Origin: Marsupella aquatica
Taxonomy: Eukaryota; Plantae; Marchantiophyta
Assembly: GCA_973895155.1 (NCBI GenBank)
Contig: OZ316894.1
Span: 12,006,828 to 12,070,827, forward strand
Direction: 5' to 3'
DNA: 64,000 bases
Of the stretch, positions 20,574-33,449 are shown one piece after another. A model generated the notes under the pieces. That model worked only from the letters and a program-made list of their open reading frames with translations, searched no databases and was not told where the DNA came from. The position numbers and the translations under genes are program-made. Position 1 is the first letter of the stretch. Each line of letters begins with the position of its first letter.

Positions 20574-23500
20574 ATGGGCACATCAAGGATCGTGAGCATC
20601 GTCTTGGCTCTGTCTCTGCTACACGCTTCGTCTGCAGAGGATGCTGCATACCCGTCCGCCATCCTGGAGACCGAAGCTGCGTGGCCATGTGATATGTCTT
20701 TGAAGTCGCTGGTGGTTGATGGCACTGGGTTGCAACAGCAGGTGTGATTGTTTCCTTGTCAAGAAAAAATCTTCCGGAAGGACTGTTTCTACTTGCAATC
20801 CGTAGCTTTCGATTTTTCTGCTTTTGGATCGTATTCCCCGAACTTGGTTCATGTTTCGAATGACTTCCGCTCATTAGCACCAATCGATGACCGGTCTTGC
20901 GTTTAAAGTAGATTGCTCTATAGCAGTATTATCAAGATAATGTCAGATTCTGCCTGCGTGGGATTTAGATAATGGTACCACCCAATTTTGAGTACGTTTG
21001 TGAATCCGTGTTTTAATTTTAAAATTACAGAGAGACTCTAGGCCAAGGAAACTGTCCTGGAGAGTCCTCTCTTTGCGGAGAATTAGTGAAATGATGTTAT
21101 CCAATTTCTGGTAGGGGAGGACTTAGCACCAAGTGTATTCCTTTAAAGATCAAATTTCAGTTATGGACCTACATAAAGGAACATAGAAGATCGTGTACTC
21201 CAGGACTTCTCCTCCACAAACACTACTAAGAAATCAAATGCACACCGACAGGGTTAACAGAGGGGAACCAGCAGACCAGGCTTTATCAAGGGAATGAGAA
21301 TTAATTCATCTCTACGGTACATAAAAGTCACAAAGTGAACGGTAATTTAAATCCCGCTGGGCAGTCCAGCGGACTGGAGAAGTGTATCAAAACGACCACT
21401 GGAAGTTTTCTCAATAACAGGTAGCGGACGAGTGCGGGAAAACGCGTTTGCAGTGCGTTTCGCTTCAGTTTCATCGAAATCTGAAAAACCAAGAAAATTC
21501 GAAGGTTTTAAAGTGGGTTAAGATTGTAATTATATGTTCTTCTTGGATTTGCAGATTGATGAGCTGGCTACCTTCTCTGACACACCGGCTCCATCTGTGA
21601 CTCGTATTCTTTACACGGAAAATGATGTAGCTGCGCGCAGGTATTGTGCCTTTGCGTGTTTGTGTCGTCACTTGTCTTGCCAATGTTCAATAAGAAATGC
21701 AGGAGTCGTAGATCATGACGCCAAACCACGCAACCATTCTTTGGCTCTTCCACATCTTTCTTGAGTGTGTGAAGGTACATACGTAATTCTATGCAATCTG
21801 TCGGGTTGACAGTAAGAGAGGATGCGATCGGAAATATCTTCGGCCGATGGTAAGTTGTTTCCAACCTATCCCCCTCAATGCACGCACATACTTGATGTCG
21901 AGTGTTGAATTTGAAGCTAAGATGCAGGCTTGATAAAGATGGATTGCTCGGGTCCTCTCTTGGACATTGACTATCTGCATTGTTTGTGGTTTAGTTCAGC
22001 CACAGACGTTTCAAAATTCAAATTTCCCGAAATGTACTAGATAAGACTTGTCCTGACAGACATTGGGATTACGAATTCTCACTCAATGGAGATCCATTTT
22101 TCTCACTTGATTCCGTTTGATAAAGCCATGCAGTCTATTAAATACTTTTCTCCATGCAGGGAAGGTACTGAGCGAACAGGAGTGGTGGGAACGGGGTCGC
22201 ACATCGACGCTATTCCATATGCCGGCAAGTACGATGGGGTTGTTGGGGTGTTGGGAGCAATTGAGGCCATCCGGACCCTGAAAAAGTACGTTCTCATGCT
22301 TGCTTTGGTCAACTGGCTACGAACTCTCTTTATTCGGTGCACAAGAGGGTACAAAAGTGAGGAGAGAAGTACGATTACTATCTAGGAGTGCGTTTATTAC
22401 GGCACATGCAGCCCTTCGCCTCAGAGTTGGAGCTGCATGTAACGAGGCTGAAACTCTTGAGAACTGAGCCTTTCATTTTGAGTTTTTTAGTCAAGTTGGG
22501 CGGGATTTCGTTGACAACTTTGCTCTAAATGCCACTATAATGCAACATTGAACAGAGCTGGATTTGTCCCGAAAAAGTCGCTGGAAGTTATTATGTTCAC
22601 TTCGGAGGAACCCACGCGCTTTGGGTTTGGCTGTCTTGGCAGGTAAGGGATTTCTCGTTGTACGATTTCAGTTACTGGTATAGTCATGAACTTTTTAAAT
22701 TGTTATATATTTACCTATGGAATGGAACCTTGTTGTTTTATGGTAAGTCATACTCGACTTTCTGGAAACTTGAGTTATTTTAACGTTGTCCATCCCTGCT
22801 GGAGTTAGATCACGTTTAAGCAGCCCATCGTACCTCTGAACTGATCACAATTTTAAACTCTTGTCTATGCATTCGGCTTCCACATTTATGTACCTTTTGG
22901 TTTGCATTACCTCGACTCTTTCGTTATTCCCGCTTCGAAGCAAATAATAATTCGTTACTAGCCTGATACCCCAACGGTGGTTTGTCCGCCAAACTTACTT
23001 TTACTTTAATGTTGAGTGCAGTCGAGCCATGGCTGGAGGTGACACAATTTTGACGATCTTACGGGAGTCTGTTGGTGGAGACAATATTACATTTGCGGAA
23101 GCAGCAAAGCAGGCGGGCTATCTTCAACAGGAAAAAGACTTGGAAACTGTAGCTGTTGCTCAAGAGGTGTATTCTGGCTTTGTCGAGCTGCACATTGAGC
23201 AAGGCCCCACTCTTGAAGCTGAAGGCAAGGGTGGCCGAGATCTGACAGCTTTAATGGCTTGGTGTATTTATGCTCAGTGTGTTGCAGCTTGTTCTCGACT
23301 TTACTTGTATCACCAGTGGTTGGACGTAACATCTGATGAACAGTCGCAGGATCTAAAAGTTACTTCAGATTTAAAGTTACGAGACGTAGAGTACTGAAGG
23401 ACTACGTTTGAGTTATTATGCAGGAATCCAGATTGGCATCGTGACAGCCATTGCAGCACCTGCCAGTCTGAAGGTAGATTTGAAGGGAGACGGAGGTCAT

Positions 23501-25132
23501 GCAGGAGCAGTCTTGATGCCCTTTAGGTCAAATCATCTTCTAGCCTGTTTACATTTCTTTCATGTTGTGTTGTCATTCGCCATCTTCTCTCGGGAAGTTA
23601 TATCGAATTATGGATGCAATTGGGTACTACCAGCCCTGGCAATATTCTCAGCAAGTCATTATCCGTAAAGTTACGGGATGGACATTTCCTCATCGATTTG
23701 AAGTCCGCAAATCATTAATGTGCTTCATGTGTACCTCAGGAATGACGTGGGGCTTGCGGCTTCAGAGCTAGCTTTGGCAGTTGAGCAGCATGTTTTGGCT
23801 TCAGGGTCAATTGACACGGTTGGCACAACAGGTGGACCTTAACGACACATCTTTCCAGGTTTTGAAACCTAGTATATCAAATCTATTCATCCCAAGTTTA
23901 TTGCAGCAATTCATGCGCGGCATGCAGTTAAAGCCAGTATAGTATGAATGATATGCAGGAGTGATGGAGCTTCATCCAGGTGCTGTAAACAGTGTTCCCC
24001 GACAAGCACATTTGGAGATAGGTATCTTTCTACCTGAATCATGACCTTTATGACCTATACTGTGTGAAAATTTTGGGCTGTGGATGGAAATGCCAATGCG
24101 TTTTGACCATGAATTTAACGGAGTCATAGTTTGATAGATTTCAAGGAAAGATTTTCAGGCCACTAGGTTACACGCTATCCGGATAGTAAAAGAACACTGA
24201 ATATTTCATTCTTTTGTGCGGAGATGGCAATGAAAACCTGACTTTCTCATATCTTTGTCCCTGTTTCAATTTACAGATGTTCGTGATATCCATGGGAAGC
24301 GGAGGGACGATGTTGTGGCGAAGATACATCAGTCTACTTTCACGATCGCCGAGAGGCGAAATGTTAAAGTGACGAATTTTCAGATCGTGAATCAGGATCC
24401 TCCAGCCCAAAGTGGACATAACATTGTCCAAGCTGCAGTGTCGGCTACTGAAGAATTGGGCTTCCAATACAAGCTCATGAAAAGCAGAGCTTACCACGAT
24501 TCGTTGTTCATGGCCAGGTCATCCTCTATAATAGTTGTGAATCACCTTCATCCGATTCAGAGCCGTCTTGTACCTTAACCCTCAATGCTCGCCCCTTTTT
24601 GTCTCTTGTTCATATGATTACAGATGGACCTAATGCTGGCTGAAACTTGTTCATAACGCTTCAAACCTGTCTACCCAACACATACATACCTCTGATATCG
24701 TCAGCTTTGTGCTGCAGGATAAGTCCAATGGGAATGATTTTTATTCCTTGCTACAAAGGTAAGAATCAATCACGCAACCCCTGTTTTAGTAATGAGAGGA
24801 GTGAATAGGAGATGAAGTTGAAAAGCCTACTGAGTGAATGGTCAATAACTGTTCTGTTCGTTCAGTCAGTGGGAAGTATAACTAGGACACAAAGAGCACC
24901 TGGTTCCTGAAACGACGTGTCAGCTTCAATTACATCTGGTTGTACTGTTCATTAATCCATCGACGAAACTCTCTGAATACCTGTTCCTTCAAACGTCCTG
25001 GTCCTTGACAACGAAGTTGTTTATCTCGTTACAGGCTATAGTCATCGCCCGGATGAGCATTCAGAATTGGAAGACATTGTCCGAGGAGTACAAGTACTGG
25101 CTCTCACTCTCTCCAAACTCTCTATGACATAA
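20574..25132 (+). CDS. UAH: Ureidoglycolate amidohydrolase (M20 family, purine/ureide catabolism), 12 exons, N-terminal signal peptide
   Basis: Spliced exons give MGTSRIVSIVLALSLLHASSA.., IDELATFSDTPAPSVTRILYT, TGSHIDAIPYAGKYDGVVGVLG, FTSEEPTRFG, ELHIEQGP, GGHAGAVLMP, SRAYHDSLFMAR and GYSHRPDE, ending in TAA at 25130-25132. Confidence 0.95.
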
Positions 25133-25739
25133 AAGTAACATCATAGGGGTGGCAAGCATGGCAATCTAAGCTTGGCAAATTACAGGGGTATCATTTGCAC
25201 ATCGAGTATCAGTTGTCCATTCCTACGACTCTGCTGTCGAGGATCTGGATACCATTCATATCACTCCGAAAGCAGCACAAGGGCACACGAGGGCCAACAA
25301 TTCAAAACCTACGCTGCACTGGTTATATAGAATCCTTATATACACAAATAGAGCTAAATTGTGGTGATACTTCTTGGGTTGCTGTAGTTTCCGAGGGTTT
25401 ACACTATAATTTCATAATTTTAGATGATACAAGATGATAGGAACAAGTGCAAATGCCTAGACGACTGACATAGGGCAATTAGTGTCCCCTGACCTTTTAC
25501 AATCCTGCAAACAGCTGCAAAGATAGCTTACTTGTAGACTGACCAGCAAAAGTGCTCAGAAACCAGATGATTCTAGTCGCATCCAAGTAAATTTTCAGTG
25601 TGCTAATCCCACAGGATATCGAGTCTGACTTATGTCTGTTTCTACAATGGCTACTGTCATGTACAATGGCTACTGTCATACACACACATATGAGTGTCTC
25701 ATTCCTGCTGCAGTACTTAAATCATTACCAGGTTTTTCA

Positions 25740-25935
25740 GTTTCCCACCCACTAGGGTTTTAGTTCTCTGTTTCTTAGTGGTGTTTTTTTGTTGCTGTGG
25801 GGGACTCCTTGGATTGTTTGGTCTGGTTGGTCTTCTTGAGGTCTTTCCCTTTTCCCTCCCTTTGTTGGGTCTTTTTGCTATTGGGATCTTGTCTCCCAGT
25901 TTGTATTTTGTCTTGTTGGCATTGTGATATATATA
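25740..25935 (+). repeat. Dispersed repeat family copy 2 (retroposon 3'-tail-like)
   Basis: T-rich tract ending GGCATTGTGATATATATAG; similar to 32960-33130. Confidence 0.55.
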
Positions 25936-26286
25936 GTGGCTTAGATGCCTTATCTTTGGTCTTGTTTCTCTCCTGGTAGCGGCCTCTCTGGTTTCTTTGG
26001 GCACCACCACCTTGAGTGCGTACCCCCTTTTGTGGGCTACCCATGTTGTGTGCTTGCTTTTTGAATGAATTTTAATTAGTTTTTTCTAGGCAGAGGGGGG
26101 GGAAAGAATTGTAAAATTGCCAAATCATACTTCGATGAAACACCAATGTGCTCACGCTGGAGCGAGAAGAGACGACCAATGCTACCAGGGTACCAGCTGG
26201 GTAATTGTAGCATGCAATAAAAATCGTAAAATAGCTCCACTACTCTAGCAAAGTTATCCCTAGTTAAACCACACCTGCCCCTATAA

Positions 26287-26356
26287 AGGGCTATGGGTAA
26301 CCCGTAGCTCTCATTTTGAAGGGGCTATGGGTAACCCGTAGCTCTCATTTTGAAGA
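26287..26356 (+). repeat. 2 x ~36-bp tandem duplication
   Basis: GGGCTATGGGTAACCCGTAGCTCTCATTTTGAAG occurs twice. Confidence 0.85.
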
Positions 26357-26854
26357 GTACAAGTTTAGAAATGAGTTTTGAGTTTCACAAAAAATGTTGA
26401 CTGCAAAAACTTTTTTTGGCAAGTATTTCACAAAAGGTGCTAGTGTTCCACCTTTTATGGTGAATAGTGACACATGGAATGAATCTTTTATAGTGCAGGT
26501 GTGATTTAACCAAAACCTGGTATAGTAAAATCCAATTTGGATTTGGGATTTTCCTTTTGGCTAGCCAACACATGTAGCTAGCCATATGGAGTCACTAAAA
26601 ATATAAAAGTCAGCAAACATCAAAACAAATTAAAAACCAGTACAGTAGTGAAAATATAAAAGCCAGCAAAACAAATTTACAACCAGCTAACAACAATCTA
26701 ATTTCCTCGTACGACGGTAGTGAGACACCGCCCAGATATTCTACATGGGTGCTGTTCGATGAAAAACTAAATAGTGCCAACCAAGAAGATTGATAAACCT
26801 CTCAAATTTTGCCAGTCGAGCGAGCAGCGAGCATTATTGGAGCTCGGGTGAAGC

Positions 26855-27863
26855 GAGGCACGGGGCAATTCGAGATCCAGGCGAGCTCTGGGCAAGGCGC
26901 GGGAGTACTGAACTCGTTGTGGGGGCAGATGTGAGGACAGGACTATGATGAGGAGAGTCTTTAATCAGTCTCAAACGGAGCCTCGAATCGGCTGAAGAGA
27001 TTCGATAGAGCATTCGGGGGCGTGCGCAAGTGGGACCATGTCGACCTCTCATCATTCTCCAGGAACGCTCATCGAAAATGGACTGTACAGTGATGTCATT
27101 GTACGGTGATCAAGATCAGACTCGAAGCAGTGAATGAATGAAGGATCATGACAAGGAAAGCATGAGAATTCGTCGATGGGAAGGAGATTCGGACTCAGCT
27201 CTACGAATTTCCAGCTCTGAAGAATTTTGGATTTTGGATCTCAAGCTGTGATTGAACAATCGCTGACTACGCGGAAACTCGATCGAGGAATCAAATCGCG
27301 TTATCGTGCAATGAAATTTTTCAAATCGCAGCGATCACATTGCCCAGATGGGCATTTTTGGAGGAGTAGCAATTAGAGTGCAGTCGACTTGAGAAAGTGA
27401 AGCTGCAAGGGGAAATCCCGACAATTCGTCGAATTTAACGGTGTGGATGAATTGATTCCATTCGCTTTCCCACGAAATGGATGCTTTCTGATTTCTTTGT
27501 CGGCTTGTTATTTGCTTCGTCGACCTGACTAGTTGTTAGTCCATGTTTGTTCTGAGATTATGTTTTAGTGCCCCATCTTGAAGCGTCCCTGCATTCGCTA
27601 CAATTCTTGGAAGCTTAGTCGCTTTGGTAATGAAATGATTGTTTGTGTCTTTGACCTGTGCTGCTTTAATTCACAGTTGGAAATATGCCCCAGTTCACTT
27701 ACGATGGCGTAACGTATTGGAGATGGGAATTGGTTTATGACTGTCTCCTCCTTTCTCCAGTGGGGCTTTCAGGACTGTGAAATGCACTCGGTCGTTATTT
27801 GTTTGAATGCCAGTCCACTGTGTTGTTCCTCTCTGGTTGGATATGTCCGCAAGCTCTCCTGTT
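26855..27863 (+). repeat. ~1-kb direct repeat, copy A2 (upstream of MAT1)
   Basis: Colinear with 19192-20192. Confidence 0.95.
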
Positions 27864-27886
27864 CAGATCTCGACGTATCAAAGAGG

Positions 27887-27897
27887 TTTAGGGTTTT
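27887..27897. promoter_or_regulatory. telo-box (AAACCCTAA) near the MAT1 5' end
   Basis: TTTAGGGTTTT ~280 bp upstream of the MAT1 ATG; telo-boxes are established plant promoter/5'UTR elements. Confidence 0.5.
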
Positions 27898-28174
27898 CAG
27901 TGACTAAATCCACCGCTAGCTCCATTCGATGGAAATGCGGTGAATTGTAGTGTCCACTATTACAGCACCTTCGTCTAGGTTGTCTGTCTCTCATAAATGA
28001 ATTTTGTGTTATCGTACATTTCTTTATTTGGATCCCATTGCTCTGTATGTCCCCGGGACCGGAACCCTAAGTGAACCGCGGTGCTGGGAACAATTTCAGG
28101 CGTGTACAGTGTTTCGTTCGATATGCGGTAGGGAGGGAGATGATACGCGGTGCCAAGTTTAATACTCTGTTGCA

Positions 28175-30561
28175 ATGAACAAGGAGAATGCCATTCGCCG
28201 CCGAATCGCTAGCACGTGAGTTCCCTTTAGTGATCTTGTACTCTTTAAACATCTTCTTCACACATTGCTTTCTGCTGGCTAGCTTGAATTGAACATGGCG
28301 ATCCGAGAATTTGTTGGTGGGTCGGTCAGAATTTTTCTCTACTCTCCTGACCTTCTGCGGCAATGTGATCGAAAGATTGGAGGTAACTTTCGCAGAGACA
28401 GATCGCTCGCTCTCTAATTGGACCTATAGGAGTGACTGTAACAGGAAAGTGAACTGCCGCTCCTTATATGAGACTATCCGCCTTGTCTCGCGCTGTTACT
28501 GAACAATTATTAGTTCTGATCATCGTCTGATCACAAACTCGTGCCAATAGCTTCTTGGCTAGCAACGTTTGAGCCCAGGCCCCGGCCCCACTTTGATGGC
28601 AGACACTCCTATTATCAATTCACCTGCAACCGTTGCAATTCCTTGGGCTTACTTAATGACGCGGTTGGTCCAATCCTTCATAGTGCCCTGTCAGTAGATG
28701 GCATCCAGGTGGCCTTCCCCGCACTCGAGTGAGATAGCCTTTGCGCATTGCGTAGTCTCTTTAATTGTCTTCAGGCCACTAGTGTTCTGGCTCCTGAGAA
28801 GCGGAATAGGAAGGCTTGTTCTGTGCAGGTAGGACTTAGGCGCCATAACACGGAATCCAGCTTTACGTTCATAATCTTTAGGAACAGGGGTTTATTTTGA
28901 GGTGGACATTGCATCCGACTCAATTAGATGTAACAGGTGTGCGTGTTGAGAGCAGCCATCGCGCTTTAAATGGTAAGTTGGTAATTCGAATTCCCTGCTC
29001 TTGCTGTAGCACCTCTGCTTGTCAATCATAAGTGCAATGGCCATCGAACTAAAACTCTGACTTGTTGCTTGGGTTCAGTTACAATAGACCAGAAGACGAT
29101 TTTCCATCACTACGTGCTTACAATGACTACTTGGAACAGGTCGAAGATATCGGTATGTCAGTCTTTGGCTCTATACCCCTACAATCATTTTCTTTCTTTC
29201 TTCCCTCTCAGAGACGTTTAAATTCTCTAGCACTTTCATCATCTTCCAATCCGATGCCCTCAGGCTCTCCTCTGCTTTCAGGCAAACTTGATTTTACAAT
29301 CAGCTATAGTCTGTCAGTCTGTCCGGAGTTGCATTTAACCAACAAGTCATGTCAACTCGTTCACCAGTGATCACGGACTGTCCATTGCAGTTTTCAATCT
29401 GATAGAAGGAGTTAATGTCCAAGAAACAGAAGCTAAAATCAAGGCTTACCAGGAAGAAAATGCAGACCAGATTATTGCTGCTCGGGCGAAAAAGGTATCC
29501 TTCAAAGCTGACCTCTGCCCATCTTTGAAAAGTTAAAAAAATTCTTGGCTTAACATGATGTTAAGCCAAGATAATTTGTTAGACGAACTCGTGCTGGTTT
29601 TATTGCCCAGGTTTTATGACCTCCATCCGTGCTGAACTCTAGGGCTTGGCCCACTGCTCATGGTGCTTTAAATAATTTGCTAGGAAATAATGAACGATCG
29701 GAGACTTTGGGATGTGTCATATGTGCAGGCTGAAAGACTAGCACAAGCTTTGAGGGAAGAAAAAGCAGCACCAATAACCTTACTGGCGCCATCTTTGGAA
29801 AAGGTGGTGTACTCCACTCTGGGTTCATGTCTCCCGGTTGGGCGCCCTTTGTTTTTCGGCAGTTTGAAATATACTCTGGGTCAAATCAATCAATGTCAGC
29901 TAGATGTCTGTGGCTTGTGGAGAAAGTGTGTCGTCGTTTAGCTGAAATTGTGATAGGATTCTTGATTATCAACGTTTCACCTCAAAAGGATCCTCTGAGT
30001 GGCCTGTTGGGAAATGGCGTTATCAGTATCTGACCGAGAATTATTTTTGTTTTCAAGTTGGCGGAATTGGAAAGTCGAACGTCTTCTTGTGTTTGGCAGT
30101 CCTCGGACTGTACTGATTTGCCTTTGTCAGAGAAATTTCACGTAATGTGGTCCTGGAGTTGATCCTTGGGAACAACAAAAATGGCGCAGATTTTCTGTAA
30201 AATGTTTCTCTTGGTTTTGATAAAGTCATCATGGTCTCGGCACTAACAATTAATGCGGTTGGATGGAATCATATTTAAGGTGCAGGAGAGTTCCGGAGCA
30301 GCTACTGGGATTCAACTTTCAGTAGCGGGAGCTGGACAATATGCTCCATCTTTGGTACCAGGAAATATGTTTATGCAGCCGAGGCCCATGGGACCAGGAT
30401 CTCAACCTGTTCCAGTAGGATCTCAGACCGGAGAAGGCGCCGAGGATCCAGAGGCACAGAAGCTTCGTGAACAGAAAGGAGCTCGAGCTGGAGGGTGGAC
30501 TGCTGAACTTGCTCAGAGAAGGGCTGTAGAAGAGGCAATGTGTAGCTTATGGATAGACTAG
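28175..30561 (+). CDS. MAT1: CDK-activating kinase assembly factor MAT1 (plant type, no RING), 5 exons
   Basis: Approximate exons 28175-28215, 29079-29152, 29391-29493, 29729-29803 and 30287-30561 give MNKENAIRRRIASTYNRPEDDFPSLRAYNDYLEQVEDIVFNLIEG...ARAGGWTAELAQRRAVEEA. Confidence 0.92.
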
Positions 30562-32959
30562 TCGCCCCTCTTCAGGAACATCTCGTATTGGAGTGAAAGG
30601 GCATAGTTTGACTTGTTCCTACAGGTCAGAACAACAAGCACTCGCAAGTTGTGAAAACGTCTTGCTGTTGCTCTTACTGAGCAGCTGCATGGACAACTTC
30701 TTGTTTGAGCTTCATCTGACAATTTTGACATGCGAAGTTCAGTGAGGTGTGATGCGAAGGAGTTGCCAGTCAGTGGATTTAACGACGAGATACAATTGAA
30801 GGGATGCAAATATTAGGCAGGGAAACACGTCTCTTGTGGTAACAAATTATCCTTGTGTTACTGATCTCGAGAAGATGTTCTTTTTTCTTGACACTGAATT
30901 ACGGTCTTCATTTCTGAAATGTTTTTGAAATCTCTCGTGAAATGTGGAGTTATTGATGATGTAGGAATCTCTTCATAGGTTCTATATAGGGAACTGGGCG
31001 TTAAGAGAGGACTGTTTGTTTCATAGCTGATATCCTGTCAAAGAGAAGATATAGAAGTTTATCATGCTCAGGAAGTTTTCTGGATGCAAAATTGGTACCT
31101 ATCAGTTGAAGTGCACTTACGAATCCAGCACTATGATGAAGGCACTAAAATGCTCTTGTTAAATGCCGATGAGGGGTCGAAAGAACTTCTGTTGAAAGAT
31201 CAAGCTTACTTACGCATTCTCCACTGCCGAGAAAGAGACGAGCGTACCCACGTTCTCAACATTGCAGAGAAAGTGATGAAGGCTTTCATTCCTTCCCACT
31301 AGTACTGCACCCAGCAACAGACTGAGTGGATTCGAATTGGAATATCGAGGGTAATTAACTTGGAGGCAATACTGCTACTTCTCTGTCAGCGACTAACGGA
31401 AAGCAGTCAACTAATTTAGTGCGAGTACTGCATTCAGTATGACTGGATTTGCTACACGGCAACCATTATTAGGTTCTGAGCACCTTTAGTAACATGCTTG
31501 GAGTTATGACTCTCGCAGATCAACTCCGAGCTTTGGACAAGATTGTAGCATAGTAGCAATGGCATAACTTTCTTCCCTTTGACCCAAAACGTGCTCGTCG
31601 AAGGGCACACTATGACACACACCGTTGGAGAGTTCACCCAAGAGAAGAGGGCTAAAGTTTTGGCAGATTACAAGAGGCCGACACGAAGCAAAGGTGAAAG
31701 TAGAGGGAATCAGTGAATCACTTCAATTCAATGCAAATCTTACAGAAGAAGAGGAAGGTATCTTCTTGGTTACGACTTAGCAACTGATTGACAAATGTAG
31801 CTAACTATCCCAATTACCCCGTCCTTAAACTTTTTCTTTTTTTTTCGTTGAACGTTAATAGATGAAAAAAAACAAATTATCCCAATTACCCCGTCCTCGA
31901 ACATTAATAGATGAAAAAAAATTTAAAAATCTTGCACAATAAGATTGCTATGCTATTTCCATTGATTTTTGCCCCATCCTTGTTTTTGTCCATCTTCATT
32001 TCAGTTTTGTCTTCATTTAGAGTCAATGTCATTTTTGAGCATACTCATTTAAAATTCTGTCCTTATTTAGACTCATTATCAAACTTGTCTACGGTATTCA
32101 CTCTAGACCTAGGCCCTTAAGAATAGCCTTAGTTTGCATTTTTATAGTAAGATGATGGACTGAAATGGTTATTAACCCATATCTGTTTATATAAATGTTC
32201 TTGTTAAAGCACCACTGTCCCCCAAGCAAAACCTGGTGGATCCTGGTTACTAAAATAAACCAAAAATGTGATCAAAATAGTAAAAAAGTGCTCTATTTTG
32301 TCCTCCCCAAACCTGGTGGACAGTGGTGGTTTAAGGTGAAATGAACCACTCAGTACCTTACCCTTGGATACATAATCAAGCTTTTGGGTCCTCACTATTA
32401 CCACCTATCAAAGGTTAAAACCCCCCTCCCCCAAAAAAAAATTGAATCATTTTGTAAATATTTTGCCTGTGAGCCAAAAAGTGAATAAATTCAATAGGCT
32501 TGGAGTGAAAGCATGCAAAAATAAACTACATAAAGTCAAGAGGCTTGAAGTGAAAGCATGAAATAATAATAATAATTGAAACTGAGGAAGATTTCAATAA
32601 AGTGTCAATAGTGAACAAATGGGTGGAAACATTCAGTAAATAGCAAAAGAGAAGGCAATGAAAAATTATAATTTGATTCTCAAGAAAACAATGACAATCT
32701 ATCCTAGATTCAAGTAGAAAGAAGTATATATTCATTGCGCAAAGTAAAGTATATGTCATCATGGTCTTTTTTAGGCAACCCGTGTCCATTGCACTTTAGC
32801 AGGTTTAGTCTTCCACTATTCTTTGTAGAGCAGAGGCCGTAGGTTTTAGGGCCTCTAGATAGATTGCTTTGCGTGATCCTCCCTTGCAGTGTACTCCAGA
32901 GCTCTACCAGGTTTTCCAGGTTCTCGTCGAGTAGGGATTTTGTCTTCCCTTTCCTTTAC

Positions 32960-33130
32960 ACTCAGGGCTTTTTGTTCTTTAGTTGTGGCAGGGACTCTCG
33001 GGTTTGTGGGGCCTCTTTGGTCTGTTTGGGGTCTTCCCCCTTTATCCCCTTTATTGGTTTTTTTTTGCCATTGGCACCTTGTCTCGGGGTATTGCATTTT
33101 TTCCAAAGAACACAAATGATATATATATAA
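32960..33130 (+). repeat. Dispersed repeat family copy 3 (retroposon 3'-tail-like)
   Basis: CCCCTTTATTGGTTTTTTTTGCCATTGGCACCTTGTCTC...TGATATATATATAAA. Confidence 0.55.
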
Positions 33131-33449
33131 ACTGTGAAACAGCCAAGAGAAAAGCATGATATATTAAAAAAACAAATATGTGTCATATATATAGTTTCAC
33201 ACTTTATATACATCTTTGCCATAAGTATACAAAGTGTGATATATATAAAAAAAAACTGTGAAACAGCCAAGAGAAGTTTATAAGTATTACATGCACATGA
33301 GTAAAGTGATAGAAGCCACCCAAATCAATTGCTACAAAAAAACCCTAGAATACAATCCTCACTTAAGTACATTGAGGAGATGCGCAAAACCAAAATACAA
33401 TAACAAATACTATCTACATATGAAAACTGTCACCATAAGTCTAGAAAGA

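Noticed and set aside
28175-30561. MAT1 lacks the N-terminal RING finger
   Set aside because: As I recall this is the normal state of plant MAT1, so it is not novel.
31000-31800. Minus-strand GTAAGT donors suggesting a hidden gene
   Set aside because: No coherent spliced ORF could be assembled by eye.
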